DNA from: Octopus vulgaris | Lineage: Eukaryota | Direction of reading: 5' to 3' | DNA: 64,000 nt | Assembly (NCBI GenBank): GCA_951406725.2 | Contig: OX597820.1 | Location: forward strand, 80,476,001 to 80,540,000 | Shown: piece by piece, positions 12,597 through 26,381 of the stretch | Layout: each line of letters opens with the position of its first letter | How positions within the stretch are numbered: the first letter of the stretch is position 1 | Translations under genes and position numbers: made by a program | Notes under the pieces: generated by a model | Seen by the model: only the letters and a program-made list of their open reading frames with translations | Databases searched by the model: none | What the model was told of the DNA's origin: nothing

Positions 12597-12985
12597 TCAC
12601 AGAGCCACACAGGGTGGTGGGGCAATATTCACGATAGACTCGGCTGACAAATGGATTTGTCCCACATGCAACAGTATCTGTTCGACATAGATCCACACCT
12701 CTGAAATATGTGGACACTGCACAAGTGCGTGCTGAGCGGTTTCATCGTTCTGACCGCACTTCGAGCAGGTCGGTTCGGTGTGTCCTGAACCGTGTCTGTG
12801 GACCTTCTCTCGAACGGGCAATGCTTCCCGATAGCATTGCCAATTCAGGGATCTCTAGAAATTGTGCATAGGTCCCGGCCTGAAAGTGGTCCTTTCAGTG
12901 GTCCTTGAGAGGCGGGTCAGGTATTTGCTGTCGACGCTCAGATTCTCTCTAAGAACGTCACCGGACCTCTCCCTAAGAACGTCAT
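12597..12985 (-). mobile_element. L1/Tx1-clade LINE fragment (C-terminal CCHC zinc knuckle)
   Basis: WQCYREALPVREKVHRHG...PTCSKCGQNDETAQHALVQCP...VW, a zf-RVT-like motif; lies between (TAGA)n arrays. Confidence 0.75.
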
Positions 12986-13015
12986 CGGTCCTCTATAGAT
13001 ATACAGATAGATAGG

Positions 13016-13103
<88 letters not shown>

Positions 13104-13142
13104 CAGACAGATAGACAGATAGATAGATATATATATATATAT

Positions 13143-13205
<63 letters not shown>

Positions 13206-13613
13206 TGTGTGTGCCTTTGTGCGTTGTTTTTCCTCCTCTACCGCTTGACAACCGGTGTTAGTGTTCTATGTCCCTCTAACTTGGCGGCTCGTCAAATACA
13301 GTACCGATAAAAAAGGTACTGGATCGATTGATTCGACTGGAAACCCTTCAAAGTGGTGCTCCAGTATGACTGCTTTTTAATGACTGAAAGAAGTAAAAGG
13401 CAAAAGATACCTAAATTATTATTTTTCCTGTACAATATGATGGGCCAAAAACGAACCCGAGACGTTCATGTTCTTATTACTAAAGAAGCATCAAAGTAGG
13501 AGTTATAAAGAATATTCTTCGACATTCGTTTCGGTTCCTGTTGGCCTTGACACATTTCTTGTGTCCTTATATTTTCAATGGCGAGATAAGCACCTCCATC
13601 CAGTAAAGCCAGC

Positions 13614-13658
13614 ATTCAGAGACTAGTTTCAAAGTCATTGCTCATCATCAGTCTGGAT
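13614..13658 (-). ncRNA. Minimal type I hammerhead ribozyme motif
   Basis: Revcomp atccaga CTGATGA tgagcaatgacttt GAA actagt C tctgaat: stem I 6/7 paired, palindromic stem III, GUC site, weak stem II. Confidence 0.7.
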
Positions 13659-13967
13659 GGAGTAGTATGGCTTGCTAGCTGTCGAAGCGTATTCGCCTTT
13701 GAAAACATATATTTCAAGTCCTCTCGAGTTCAAATTTGAGTTTCATCATTTCGGGGTCGCTAATAAACTATCAGCCCGATGTAGGAGTGGGGAGAGAGGT
13801 CTTCTATTTTTTATTTTTTTGCTTTCTTTTCTTTTCTGGAAGAAATCCGACTCCAGGTTGAAATCTGGATATGGAATTGGCTTCACTATGTTTAAAATGC
13901 CCAAAGGGCGCTGAGTGTCACAATGGCAATAGATATATAGATAGATAGATTGATAGATAGATAAATT

Positions 13968-14017
<50 letters not shown>

Positions 14018-14018
<1 letters not shown>

Positions 14019-14351
14019 GTTGTAAAGCGGGGTTTTGTCATTGTTGTATCTGTCTTTTGATGACGGTTGTCGCTCTGATAGATATTGTTATATTCCGAAG
14101 TCGTCGATGAAATGGTTCTATATGGCACTGTACGACCCCCAGTCATACAGTGTTATTATTCACAAAACGTTGGATCGTTATAACGTCCAACTATGTATCA
14201 CAGTATAATTACTATATCAGCACAGACACGACTATCAACACAGTCTACACGTACTCCCAATCTTCTCATGGCGACCGGCTACTGGTCTATTTGTAATGGC
14301 TGGGTACTACCACTTTTGATGGCGAGGGGTGTACAGTTTCACTATACAACA
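14018..14351 (-). mobile_element. LTR (334 bp) of a Gypsy element
   Basis: Bounded by TGTTGTA...TACAACA; on the minus strand preceded by purine tract aaaaaggtaga (PPT, 14352-14362) and by integrase sequence. Confidence 0.75.
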
Positions 14352-14408
14352 TCTACCTTTTTAATTTTTTTATTAAAGAATTTCTTCTATTTACCATACC
14401 TCCTTTTT

Positions 14409-14444
<36 letters not shown>

Positions 14445-14446
<2 letters not shown>

Positions 14447-14945
14447 TCAATATCTTTTCTTGTTAGGGTCTACTTTTAGGAATTCAGTGTTTTTTCTTTT
14501 CCTTGTTCGTGTGATTTCGACTTCTTGTAACGGTGTTGGGCCCTGAAAAATGTCATATAGCCAATGTATATATATCTACTGTTGTTGGTTTATTTTTCTA
14601 TGACTCTTTCCTTAAGCTGATTTCTATGTCTCCTTTCCATTCCATCTCTGCTTCTTACACTATACACCATTCTTCCTATTTATGTTACAATTCCTTCTTC
14701 CCGCTATTGTTTCCCATTTTTGTACATTCTTACATATACCTTCTCACCGATTCTAGAGTATCTTGACATGTCTTTACCAGCACGTATTCTTCTCTTCCCT
14801 GGTAACAGTTTATCGAATACTGACTTCACCTTTCTGGCAAACATTAATTCTGCTGGTGAACTTCCTTCTGGCGCATTTGGGTTCGGAGTTACCCTGTACA
14901 CCCTTAAGAATTGTTGGCTCGCTACCTCATCACAGTGGCTTCTTA
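14445..14945 (-). pseudogene. Ty3/Gypsy integrase C-terminal remnant
   Basis: ORF 14704-14949 QFLRVYRVTPNPNAPEGSSPAELMFARKVKSVFDKLLP...IGEKVYVR, then RRHRNQLK and LKVDPNKKRY* across stops. Confidence 0.85.
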
Positions 14946-15070
14946 TCACACAGCCACGCTTGTGTGTGTGTGTGCGTGAACTGACTTGCTAACTTTCTTT
15001 TGATGAGGTGAGTTTCATGCGAAGTATTAGGAAACACATTCTTTCTTGTGTACCTGGTATTGAGTGGAGG

Positions 15071-15143
<73 letters not shown>

Positions 15144-16159
15144 TTTGTTTGAGTTTCCGTCTTTCACCAAATCCACTCGCAAGGTTTTGGTCGGCCCGAG
15201 GCTACAGTTGAAGACACTTGCTCAAAGTGCCACGCAGTGGGACTGAACCCGGAACCATGTGGTTGAGAAGCAAGCTTATTACCACACAACCACACCTGCG
15301 CCTATCTTTAATGGAAACTAATCCTTTTCATTCTTTTTCTCTTTAGCTAATGCCGTCTAATCGTCGTCCCTATTTTATAAAGTAACCTTTTTCGATTGAG
15401 CAGGCCACAGTTAATTGCATTAAATCGCATGCGTTAAGTGAAGGAATTTCAAGAACTTAAAATATCGAAACAAACTATGTTGTTTGCTTTCCAGCCACCC
15501 ACAAGGTTTCAGTCCGAGTTATTTACCAATAGAAAATATTTACAATATATATTTATATTTTCACTTCACTTCTGTTCAGCGATCTATCTATTTGTATATC
15601 TATTAATATATCTCTCAATTTGCATAACTTTTGATACAACGGTAGGTTCACCAACCTACCGGCTTGCTCGCCTGTCTGTCTGTCTGTCTGTCGGTCCGCC
15701 CCTCTAAGTAGCGTGTCGTATTTACTTTCCCTTCTGTGGATCTGTGCATCTGTTTACTTTCATAATATTGGTAAGGATTTAAACCCAATTTAAAAAAAAG
15801 AATTTGAATAATAACGTTCTCCCGGTTATTTACAGAGTTAATTCCAGTTTAATTTAACTCTCTATCACCATATCGTTTAAAGCGTAAATTTATAGATATT
15901 CGTTACATTGTTTCATTGTGTTAAACATTTCGATCGTGCCTGCGTTTATACAAGACAAATGCAGAATAATATAAACCTTCTACTTCCCATTCCCTCTCTC
16001 TAATAATATAGACCTTCTCTCTCTCTTTCTCTCTCTTTCTCTTTCTCTCTCTCTCTCTTTCTCTGTCATTCTCTCTCTCTCTCTCTCATTCTCTTTCGTA
16101 TTTTTTCACTGATTCAACTATTCCCTTTTCGTTTATTTTTATCATTCTTTCTTTTCTCC

Positions 16160-16239
<80 letters not shown>

Positions 16240-16240
<1 letters not shown>

Positions 16241-16415
16241 TTTATTTAAAAGTAGCAGAAATGTAACAAAAGCTGTCACTCGGAGTTTCACGTTCACTTT
16301 CGTCGGAACAGCTTTTGTTACATTTCTGCTACTTTTAAATAAAGCATATTACTCTACCTCTGGTATTTGAGTACTCTTTTTTCCACCTTGTTTCACATTT
16401 GTGTGCTTACTCCGG

Positions 16416-16416
<1 letters not shown>
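16240..16416. mobile_element. Fold-back mini-element in (TA)n with a hammerhead remnant in the loop
   Basis: Perfect 37 bp arms 16240-16276/16308-16344; loop revcomp gctgt t CCGACGA aag tgaa cgt GAA actc c gagt g acagc. Confidence 0.75.
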
Positions 16417-16455
<39 letters not shown>

Positions 16456-16964
16456 CCCATACAATTTATAACTTCTCTTGATAACACAAGCGTAATATAC
16501 GGAAAAAAAGGCAGATAGGAACAAGCAGAATATTATAATTACGATTATTACGTAACACCGAGCTTCCTGACACAACTGTCGAGTTAAGAAATTATGTATT
16601 CTCTGCTTAGTATTTTATCATTTTATGCTCTGTGTAAATATATTTGTGTATATTATATTATATATATGTGTGTGTGTGTGTTTGCGCGCGCGTGTATAGA
16701 TGCAATTATGCGGATAAACAAATTAGATACATCAAATATATAAAATATTTAATAGTTTGGGTATGAAATACAAAATATGTAGATATGTATACATGCAAAT
16801 CGAGAGAAAGCAAAATGTGGAAACTCTCAGGTGATGAATTTTTAAGTATAAATATGTGGATATTTATATTAATAGGACCAAGACAGAGTACAGACGACAA
16901 ATAAAACGAAAAGGATGGCCATTGAACAAAGGCTAAGAGGGCCATTGAAAGGGAATATTTGATG

Positions 16965-17002
<38 letters not shown>

Positions 17003-17029
17003 ATATATATATATATATATGCTACATAT

Positions 17030-17535
17030 GTGAAAAATCGATGTGTGTTTGTTTGTGGCGTTGTCAGCTAACTCCTCCAACATCGATTTATTGATTTTGA
17101 TGAAACTTGACACACTAGTAGAACTCATGTCTTGGAAACCTCGTGACATACTTAGATTGTTGAAAAAATCGATAATACGGCCCCTGGAAGGGACTTTTAT
17201 ATCTACCTTATATAACTAATTTTTTTAAACACCCAAGGGAAATAACCCATAGCATCTGCACAAATTTTTTACACACTCAAGGGAAATAACATGTCATTGT
17301 TTATGTGCGATTACTTTGAATATTGATTTTTTGTGTGTCCAATTTTTAATTTTTGCGGTCAATATCTCTTTATTTGACACGTGAGTAGAACCCATGTCTG
17401 GAAACCTCGTGACATACTTAGTTTGTTGAAAAAAATCGATAATAGGGCCCCTCCAGTGGATCCTTCTATCTACTACATATTACTAATATTTATTTAAACA
17501 ACTCAAAGGAAATAACCCATACCACCAGCAGTTAT
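17030..17535. mobile_element. Helitron/HINE-like non-autonomous repeat with an internal ~266 bp-period duplication
   Basis: (gttt)n then gattttgatgaaacttgacac near one end; 17108-17260 repeated at 17374-17530; similar terminal motif in the opposite orientation at 38475-38530. Confidence 0.45.
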
Positions 17536-18431
17536 TAGCGAAGCAATCAATATTTCATTCTCCCGATCAGCCAACCTAATTCTGCATTTCACTACTCACA
17601 GTTTTGAACTGCTAAACATTATGATTGCACTTCCTTAATTTGAATCATAAATCTTAAATACGCCATTCATACATTTCTATACATACATACTTTTTTATAT
17701 GCCAATTACTCCGATAATTCTGTATTTTTACAATTACACTTTTTCCATGACAGTAGATAAATCTTTTATTCCACAATGTATTTGTAGTGGCTTTATGCAG
17801 GCATAGCGCGGATTCGATCCCTGATTGCCAACTTTCACTTAACACTTCAACGGCGCTTTTCTCACGGTAAGACAATAGTTTTTCCGTTGAATGACAGCAG
17901 TTATACATTTCTCAGATGCCTTCGTTAAGCAGAATAATGTCTTTGCCACTTGACCCTTCTAATCTCTTCTATGCCACCACTGGCTAGAATGGAGATAACA
18001 GACATCTAACGAAATCATTTGTTCTCAACAATATGTCTATCCTTCTGGCTGCTTTTCGATAGTTATAAAAACAAGAACTCCGTAAGCTAAAGGCAGTTAC
18101 TGAGAGCGTCCATCAGTGAGTATGAACGTTATTATTGCTCTTCCTTCAAACACTTCATTCATATATTTATATAACCTCTCTCACCAACCTCCGACAATCT
18201 TTCTCGCCAACCTCCGAAAACCTCTCTCGCCAACCTCCAACAATCTCTACCTCCTCCAGCTGACAGTTTTTTATACTTTTTCGTGGCGGAAAATACACCT
18301 TTTGTGGCAGTTATAACAAAATTGCTTTCTTATCTCAGAGTAATAATGTGTTTCAATAGAACACCTTTACCCCTGGTTATTACCGGGTTCACCAGCTAGT
18401 ATATATAGAGACTTAGTAATTTTAATATTTC

Positions 18432-18536
<105 letters not shown>

Positions 18537-18630
18537 CATACATACATACGTACACACAGAAACATATACATACATACATACATATATACATACATACATA
18601 CAAATATATATATATATATATATATATAGA

Positions 18631-18670
<40 letters not shown>

Positions 18671-19309
18671 GGAACAAAAAAGCAATAGAGGACAATAAAA
18701 CATCCGGACAGATAGCGATACAAAGGCGGACAGGAAAAACAACAATTAGAGGGACAGGAAAAAAAGGACGGGTCATTCAGGGCCTTCTTTCGTCAGTCAA
18801 GTTACCAGATGTCCTTTCACTTTCGAGCAGTTACCCTTGAGACTGTTCGATCTGGCTGTCCCCAAAAAAGTCTAAGCTAAGAGCATTAGATTTTTTGTAA
18901 GAAAGCTAGCGAATGTGTACGACAACAAAGACAAAAGACGGAGAACATGGTACACAATTACAAATACAAACAACAAGAATATTACATCAGGTGTTTTTCG
19001 ACTGGGGACGAATAAAATTGAGCTGGCTGGTATAAAGTGAAAGACTTATGGCAGGAACATAGGAAATTGACATAAGAGGTGTTGGCGGTCGGCAGTCAGG
19101 CCAAGAAAGAGAGATCATGGCTGGCCGAACAGCGGTCACGTAGATGGAGGAGAGCGGGGTAGGGGGCAGCGTGATTGATATTTAATTAACTATATATATA
19201 TATACACAGACACACATACACACACATATATATATACGTAACATATGGTACAATTATAAACGGGAAATTTTAACCATTTCTCCACAGACTAAAAAAAAAA
19301 TATGAACAA

Positions 19310-19350
19310 CCTTAATCGATTTTCGAGCTTTATTGTGTTCTCATCAGAGG
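19310..19350 (-). ncRNA. Minimal hammerhead-like motif
   Basis: Revcomp cct CTGATGA ga acacaataaagc tc GAA aatcgatt A agg: intact core, palindromic stem III, short stems I and II. Confidence 0.55.
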
Positions 19351-19555
19351 GGTGCACTTCATTCTGACAGCCTCTTGAGAAGCAAGTAGCCAAACTGTTT
19401 ATATACTCAACAAATGCAGCAGTTACTCTATGAAGGCGTCCCTAATTTGCATATCGAAAGATTTTAACACTGTATGAATATCAGCGGCCTTTCAACGGGG
19501 AGCTTAGTCCACATAGTATCAAGGTATGATATAATATATACATAACATATTGGTA

Positions 19556-19603
<48 letters not shown>

Positions 19604-20246
19604 AAGTCTAATTGTGTTTATCTGCATTACTACCTCCATATCAGCTCGCCTTGGATTTCTCTTATGGCCACACTTGACACCATGAACCTAGTCCTAAATG
19701 AAGAATTTGAAGTTTAAGTACAATTTCATTTGAACACTATTACGTGTTTTCTATACCGAGCATATCTCACTCACACCTGTTGTCTGTATATAATATATGT
19801 GTGCGTGTGTGTGTATGTGTGAGTGTGTCAGTCTGTCTGTCTGTGCAAAGTAAATGTCGCTTATTTTTTTTATGTATGCCACATTCATACATTAAACGCA
19901 ATCTCCCTTAATTATGTAGGTTTGTTTCTTCTTTCAAAATTATTACACAAAACGATACATTAAGTGCTGTATAATCTTTTATTTCTATAGTTACGACTGA
20001 CCTGGTGGAAAGATCTGTGTTTTTTAGCCAAAATTTACGGATATTACGTTGAGTCTAGTCGAGATATTTTGTTTAGAGAAAGCTCGGTACACCTAGAAAA
20101 CTGTATGTCATACACAATTGTTCTGCTTCATAAATGACAAGCATTTCGTTAGCTTTTAAGCGTTGAACTGAAATCCTGCCTTGAGGATCAGGACTTATAA
20201 GAGTGGGGTCTATGCTGAATAGTGGCCAGAGACTCCGAGGGCCAAG

Positions 20247-20669
20247 GAAAGGGCATAAATGATGCATCCTGTCTTCAAAAAGAAAACTTTTCCCAGCTCC
20301 CTTGAATTTTTAGAATAGCTCCATCCGAGGTGGCAGGGGAAGGCTGTCTTATTCTTGGCGGCCCTGTTGAGTACATGAGGGATCACTACGTAAAATTGTC
20401 TGTGATACTGAAAGCTAACGTTGGTTTTGTGAGTTGGGAGGGGAATACGATATTTAATCCATTCGTTTTCTCCGCCCATTATTCCACAATGCCGACTTTA
20501 GGTTTCAGTATCACAGACAACTTTACGTAGTGATCCCACATATACTCAACGGGGCCGCCAAGAACAAGACAGCCTTCCTCTGCCACTTCGGCTGGAACTA
20601 TTCTCAAAATTCAACGGAGCTGGGAAAAGTTTTCTTTTTGAAGACAGGATGCATCATTTATGCCCTTTC
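20247..20669. repeat. Diverged inverted repeat, ~178 bp arms, ~67 bp spacer
   Basis: 20247-20424 vs 20492-20669; ORFs 20210-20479(-) and 20530-20895(+) share the peptide AAKNKTAF...ELGKVFFLKTGCIIYALS. Confidence 0.9.
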
Positions 20670-21454
20670 AGAGGATCGAATACTGGAGCGGCATATTACT
20701 GTAATAGCACCCCCGATTTTAGCATCGAATTCAGGTCCCTGCTTCACACCACTTGTGACTACGGCTCCACCTGGTGGGAGGGTTAGCACCCTGAAGCTTA
20801 ATACGATATTGTTTCCTGAATATATAATGTGGCTTTTTGCGTTGAAGAAGATAACATTAAATGCACGTTTGCTATTCTCTGACACGCACTATTGATTATA
20901 GTATATTAGTGCGGATCTATAATATAGATCTATGAAATAAAAATCACATGTCAGGTATCAATGGATATTTCCTTTTTCAAATATTGATTATGTTATGGTT
21001 ATATCTGCTTGACAACTAAATTCTATATATTGCACGCATATTTTAGTTTCTCCGTCAAAAGAATTCTTGCAAATATGTCAAGTAGTTTCTGTTAGCAAGA
21101 ACTGTTGAAATATGCTAACCATTCCAAAATGTCATTTATAGCAATTTCTAAGCCTTGATCAATTCGTAACCGTAAAAGGAATGTAAAAGAAAGTAGAAAT
21201 CAATATAAGAATACATACATAGATAAATACCCATGCAGACGACTCAGTAAGGAGGTGAATGTACTACATGGTCACTTGACCTGCTAAAAATAGCAGCTAA
21301 ATATCCTTAAGATCACACCTACTTTCTTATATTTTTCGTCGTGGTATGGGATAAACAGTTTTAAAACATCTTGATTTAATTAAAAATCGTTGCAGCCCCA
21401 AGCCAATCAAATCTTTGTGAGTGGTTTCGGCAGACAGAAACTGAAAGAAACCAG

Positions 21455-21520
<66 letters not shown>

Positions 21521-22235
21521 AGAGAATTCCCTTGCTAGGCGTATCCTTCATTTATCAAGACCAGTTGCTCACTTTTGGTACAGACGGTGTCTATACTTAT
21601 TCTGATTTTACTTTCGGAATTTATCAGACAGGGATTCAGTTCCTAACCCAGAAACGAAGTTCTGTTATTGAAATTTAGACAGCATCAATGAAGTATTCGA
21701 ACATGTATTTGCATATATATGAGGTCGAACATGTGAATCTAATCCACATGCATTTATTTCCTGGCTCGCTTTCCCTCTTTTATCTTTTCCACTTTTCTTT
21801 GTCTCTCCCTGGTCTTTCCTCTGGTATCTAACGAAGGACTTTCTCCGAAACGTTAGACTCTTACTTTGTAATTTCTACTCTATAAGTTCTTGCCTTCCTT
21901 TTGTATTTGATTTACTTTATGAAAATATGTATGTATGTATGTATACACTTACATACGTCGATATGTCTATATACGCACTTAATACAGGTCAAATTTCTAG
22001 GATGTTCTACATATTTTCACTATATCTTTAATGGCTTGTAGCTGCAAAGTATGTATGTATTGTATTTTCTATTTGCTATTTTCTATTTTCTCTCTCTGTT
22101 CATTTCTGTGTTCCTTTCTGTTGAAGAACGTAGGCTCGAAACGTAAAAGACTTTCTCACTTCCCGAGCGTTAAACTAATACATCTGTTTGTTGTTTATAC
22201 ATCCATCTTCGTCTTTTGCTTTTTGTAAATTCTCA

Positions 22236-22321
<86 letters not shown>

Positions 22322-22762
22322 GCTTGTATATGTTTGTTATGTATATTACGTTTGTATGTAATGTATCGATTCCCTAACCCTAACTGAACCCTCACCCTAG
22401 ACCGATGAATTTTCCTTCTTTTCTTTTTTGCTTTAACTATTATGTACAAATGATATACAAATGAAGTAATAAAATCACCTTGGATGAAGTGTATATATTC
22501 TTGAAAATACAGGTTCATCTGTCCCTGAAAATGTAAGTTCATCTAGCAAATGGATTTTGTACATTAACCCGATGAGTCAATAATTTTGCAATATTGACGT
22601 AATAATACATATGCGATATATTATTACACATATTAAATAATAATATCAAAACAATACTCTTCTGCTAAAATATCAATGGAACAAGTGTGAAATTATGTAA
22701 CAAAACGAATTGCATACTGCATCCTTCTTATTATTTATGTATGTATGTAAAAAAAAAAAAGT

Positions 22763-22975
22763 GGGGGCAGTGAGCTCGCAGAATCGTTAGGACACCGGGC
22801 AAAATTCTTTGTGGTATTTCGTCCGTCTTCACGTTCTGAATTCAAATTCAGCTGAGGTCAACTTTATCTTTCACCCTTTCGGGGTCGATTAAATAAGTAC
22901 CAGTTACGCACTGGGGTCGACTTAATCCCTTCCCTTCCTTCAAATTTGAGGCCTTACGCTTCTAGTAGAAAGGAT
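22763..22975 (+). mobile_element. SINE family B with alternative tail
   Basis: ggcagtgagctcgcagaatcgttag head, core ttcggggtcgattaaataagtaccag, tail caaatttgaggcctt...ctagtagaaagg. Confidence 0.8.
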
Positions 22976-23462
22976 CATCTGTATATGTTATGCATATATG
23001 TTATGTATGTATAACGTTTTTTGTATGTTTTATGTACGTATGTGTTTATGTTTTCCTGGCTTATTTTTCGAATTGTTTACCAATGGAAAAAGATCCTGTT
23101 TCTATCCCGAATACAACATACTAAACTGAAATCGGGAATATTTCTTATCTTTCAGATATTCCGATGGTTTCTTGATTAATTGATTGATTGGATGGCCGCC
23201 AAGTTTTTGTTATTTTCTTAAAAGCACTCAGCTTTTCAGTGTTATAACTACTTATTAAGATATCTACTGCACTGATACAGACTGACATGAACGAGATCCC
23301 AAATCCTCATTAAAAAACAAAACAAAAACAGTTATAACTACTTTATTGGTTTGCTTTAAACATATTTCTGATAGAAAGATTTGTATCAGATGTTTACCTC
23401 TGTAGGACAGCAGTCATCGAGCTCATTATATCAATAATGTTTCCTGTGTCTCAAGACATTGT

Positions 23463-23845
23463 AGAGGCGCAATGGCCCAGTGGTTAAGGCAGCGGACTCG
23501 CGGTCATAGGATCGCGGTTTCGATTCCCAGACTGGGCGTTGTGTGTGCTTATTGAGCGAAAACACCTAAAAGCTCCACGAGGCTCCGGCAGGGGATAGTG
23601 GTGATCCCTGCTGTACTCTTTCACTACAACTTTCTCTCACTCTTACTTCCTGTTTCTGTTGTACCTGTATTTCAAGGGGCCGGCCTTGTCACTCTCTGTG
23701 TCACGCTGAATATCCCCGAGAACTACGTTAAGGGTGTACGTGCCTGTGGAGTGCTCAGCAACTTACACGTTAATTTCACGAGCAGGCTGTTCCGTTGATT
23801 CGGATCAACCGGAACCCTCATCGTCGTAACCGACGGAGTGCTTCC
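23463..23845 (+). mobile_element. tRNA-derived SINE, head 1 + tail X, with 10 bp target-site duplication
   Basis: Full-length copy; tctcaagaca at 23449-23458 and 23849-23858. Confidence 0.92.
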
Positions 23846-24293
23846 ACATCTCAAGACAGCATCAGCCTCGTTGTGGTTCAGACCAAGCAGTTTACTCGTT
23901 TTTACAATAAGTACATCAAATGTATTTAGCTTTAAAGGGGTACATTACACTCCTTGTACAGAAGCTTGGGGTACTTTCATCGATGCATTCCTTCTCATGA
24001 ACCTAGTAGACGTTTGAAAGCATGTCGCATAAGAATGCAATAGATTATGCGAACTTCTGTTGTAACATTCTCAACATTGTCTTCTCTACCCGAGAAGCTT
24101 GGGAATGCCACCCTTACTACTATGTATCGCATATTTAGTAATGGTTTCTCATTTATGAGTGATAAGGGAACGTCCTTCAGTGTGCAGTGCCATCTGGCTT
24201 TCACATTCACGAGGGATCTCCTACGCGGCCGCTCGACCTACAAATGATAGTAGTTAAATCTACGTCAAATGACACTCTGTCTTCTTAAATAAT

Positions 24294-24328
<35 letters not shown>

Positions 24329-24933
24329 TATATATATACATGTGGGGAGGCGTCAGATCACTTTTGAGTGCTACAGGTAACATGTAACCCACCACAACCC
24401 GTTTCTTGATCGGACTGTTTATGATAAAGCCAGCAACACGATCACGAGTATGGTGGTCTTTGGACACCCTGAGGGATGAAAAACAAGACCTGAGAAATGA
24501 AAGAGCGGTTAGGATTAGGAGAGTCCTACTGACCCAGAGTTTCCCTCTTTAGATCGTTGCTCATTTTGCTTGTCTCTGTTGGCGTGGAAGTGTCTAACAA
24601 TGTACATTTGTAAGTTGTACGAATCTATGTAAGAATGCGTTCTATGCCCACCGCGTTTTATAAGACGGTATGTATTGAATGTCGGAAATGGAAGTATTTA
24701 TGTCAACGTATATAACCTGATTTGATGTCAGCCAAGACACACACATATATATTCAAAGAAAAATAGAGAGAGGCAGACAGAAAGAGTGGGAGAGAGGGTT
24801 ATACTCAGAAATCTGAATAGCATTTCAATCTTTAAGTTTGACTACAAATAGTAACATTTACTAATCCTATTATATATTATGTGTATGCATACATTATTAC
24901 ACACATACATATATATATATGTATATGCATACA

Positions 24934-24979
<46 letters not shown>

Positions 24980-25144
24980 CATACACACACATAAATGAAG
25001 AAGAGAAAAGAGTGGATGCATATACATAGAAAGATTTTCACTCTTTTCTGTCTTATTCATTCTCTCTTACTTTCTCTCTCTGTGTTTCTCTCTCTCTCCC
25101 TTACTCGCACACACTCCCGCTCCCAGTTTTTCTCTCTATGTATT

Positions 25145-25203
<59 letters not shown>

Positions 25204-26149
25204 TTCATACATATACATACATACATACATACATACATACATACATACATACATACATACATAATGTCACCATTTTAATTTGTAATCAATTTCAATTTCC
25301 GTCTTTTCTTGCTTTCCCTGACAAGTAATACCATTAACGCTAATGACTTTTCTTTTAATTACGAATGTAATTTGAATTAATTTAACTTTTCCGTTAACTT
25401 CTTTAAATATGTAAAGCCATCCGTATCTGTGCATTCTTCATGATAAAGCATATCTTCTCAAAATTTCGTTTTTGTTAAAGTCATTCTAAGTTCAGCTAAA
25501 TTCGTGTTAGATTATAATTCACTGAGAAGGGTTAATAAAACCGAAACATGCCCAACGGTGTCAATACATGTCCCAATTTAATTTTTAACCAATTTCAATG
25601 TTGGAAATCTCTCCCTTAACTTCATGAACGCAAATTATTTCATTACGTGTGCGATTTCTATTGATGGACAAAATCTTTTTTTCCCTTTACTATGTTAAGT
25701 ATACTAGCCAGCGCTTAACTACATAATTTTCACGCAGGAGGAATCCCTTGGAAATTTTCCTGTCGCATATGGATACTAAACATAAATAAACGAAGGTTTA
25801 TCTGCAAGGGACTATTTAATGCGTTAGGGAACGCTTATCTACGATGGAGCATATCTTTGTAAGCCTGTAAAGCGAGGTAACATTCTAAAATGTGTTAACC
25901 AAGCAGTTTGATGAATAGAAATCAATAAAATTGGAACTAGATTATGTCCAAGGTTTGATATAAATAATCAACGAAAATACAGGCGATGTTAAAGCTTTCG
26001 CATTGTCAGAGTAACTGAAACCAGCAAAAGAATAATGGAATATGTCGTTATTTGTACGATGAACAACGAGTATCGAAACGACGACTTCCATATTTATTCT
26101 TAATACGTTCCGGTTAATACGAACGCAAATATGCTATTCACTGTTGAGA

Positions 26150-26381
26150 AAGGCGGCGAGCTGGCAGAAACGTTAGCACGCCGGGCGAAATGCGTAGCCG
26201 TATTTCATCTGCCGTTACGTTCTGAGTTCAAATTCTGCCGAGGTCGACTTTGCCTTTCATCCTTTCGGGGTCGATAAATTAAGTACCAGTTACGCACTGG
26301 GGTCGATGTAATCGACTTAATTCGTTTGTCTGTCCTTCTTTGTCCCCTCTGTGTTTAGCCCCTTGTGGGTAGTAAAGAAAT
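26150..26381 (+). mobile_element. SINE family B, full monomer
   Basis: aaggcggcgagctggcagaaacgttagcacg...gtgggtagtaaagaaata; other copies 27895-27990, 49958-50194(-), 56184-56415, 62420-62590(-), 62688-62840. Confidence 0.9.

Noticed and set aside
20765-20778. CTCF-like motif ccaccaggtggag (similar at ~24185 and ~27283)
   Set aside because: Short partial matches expected by chance in 64 kb; no supporting evidence
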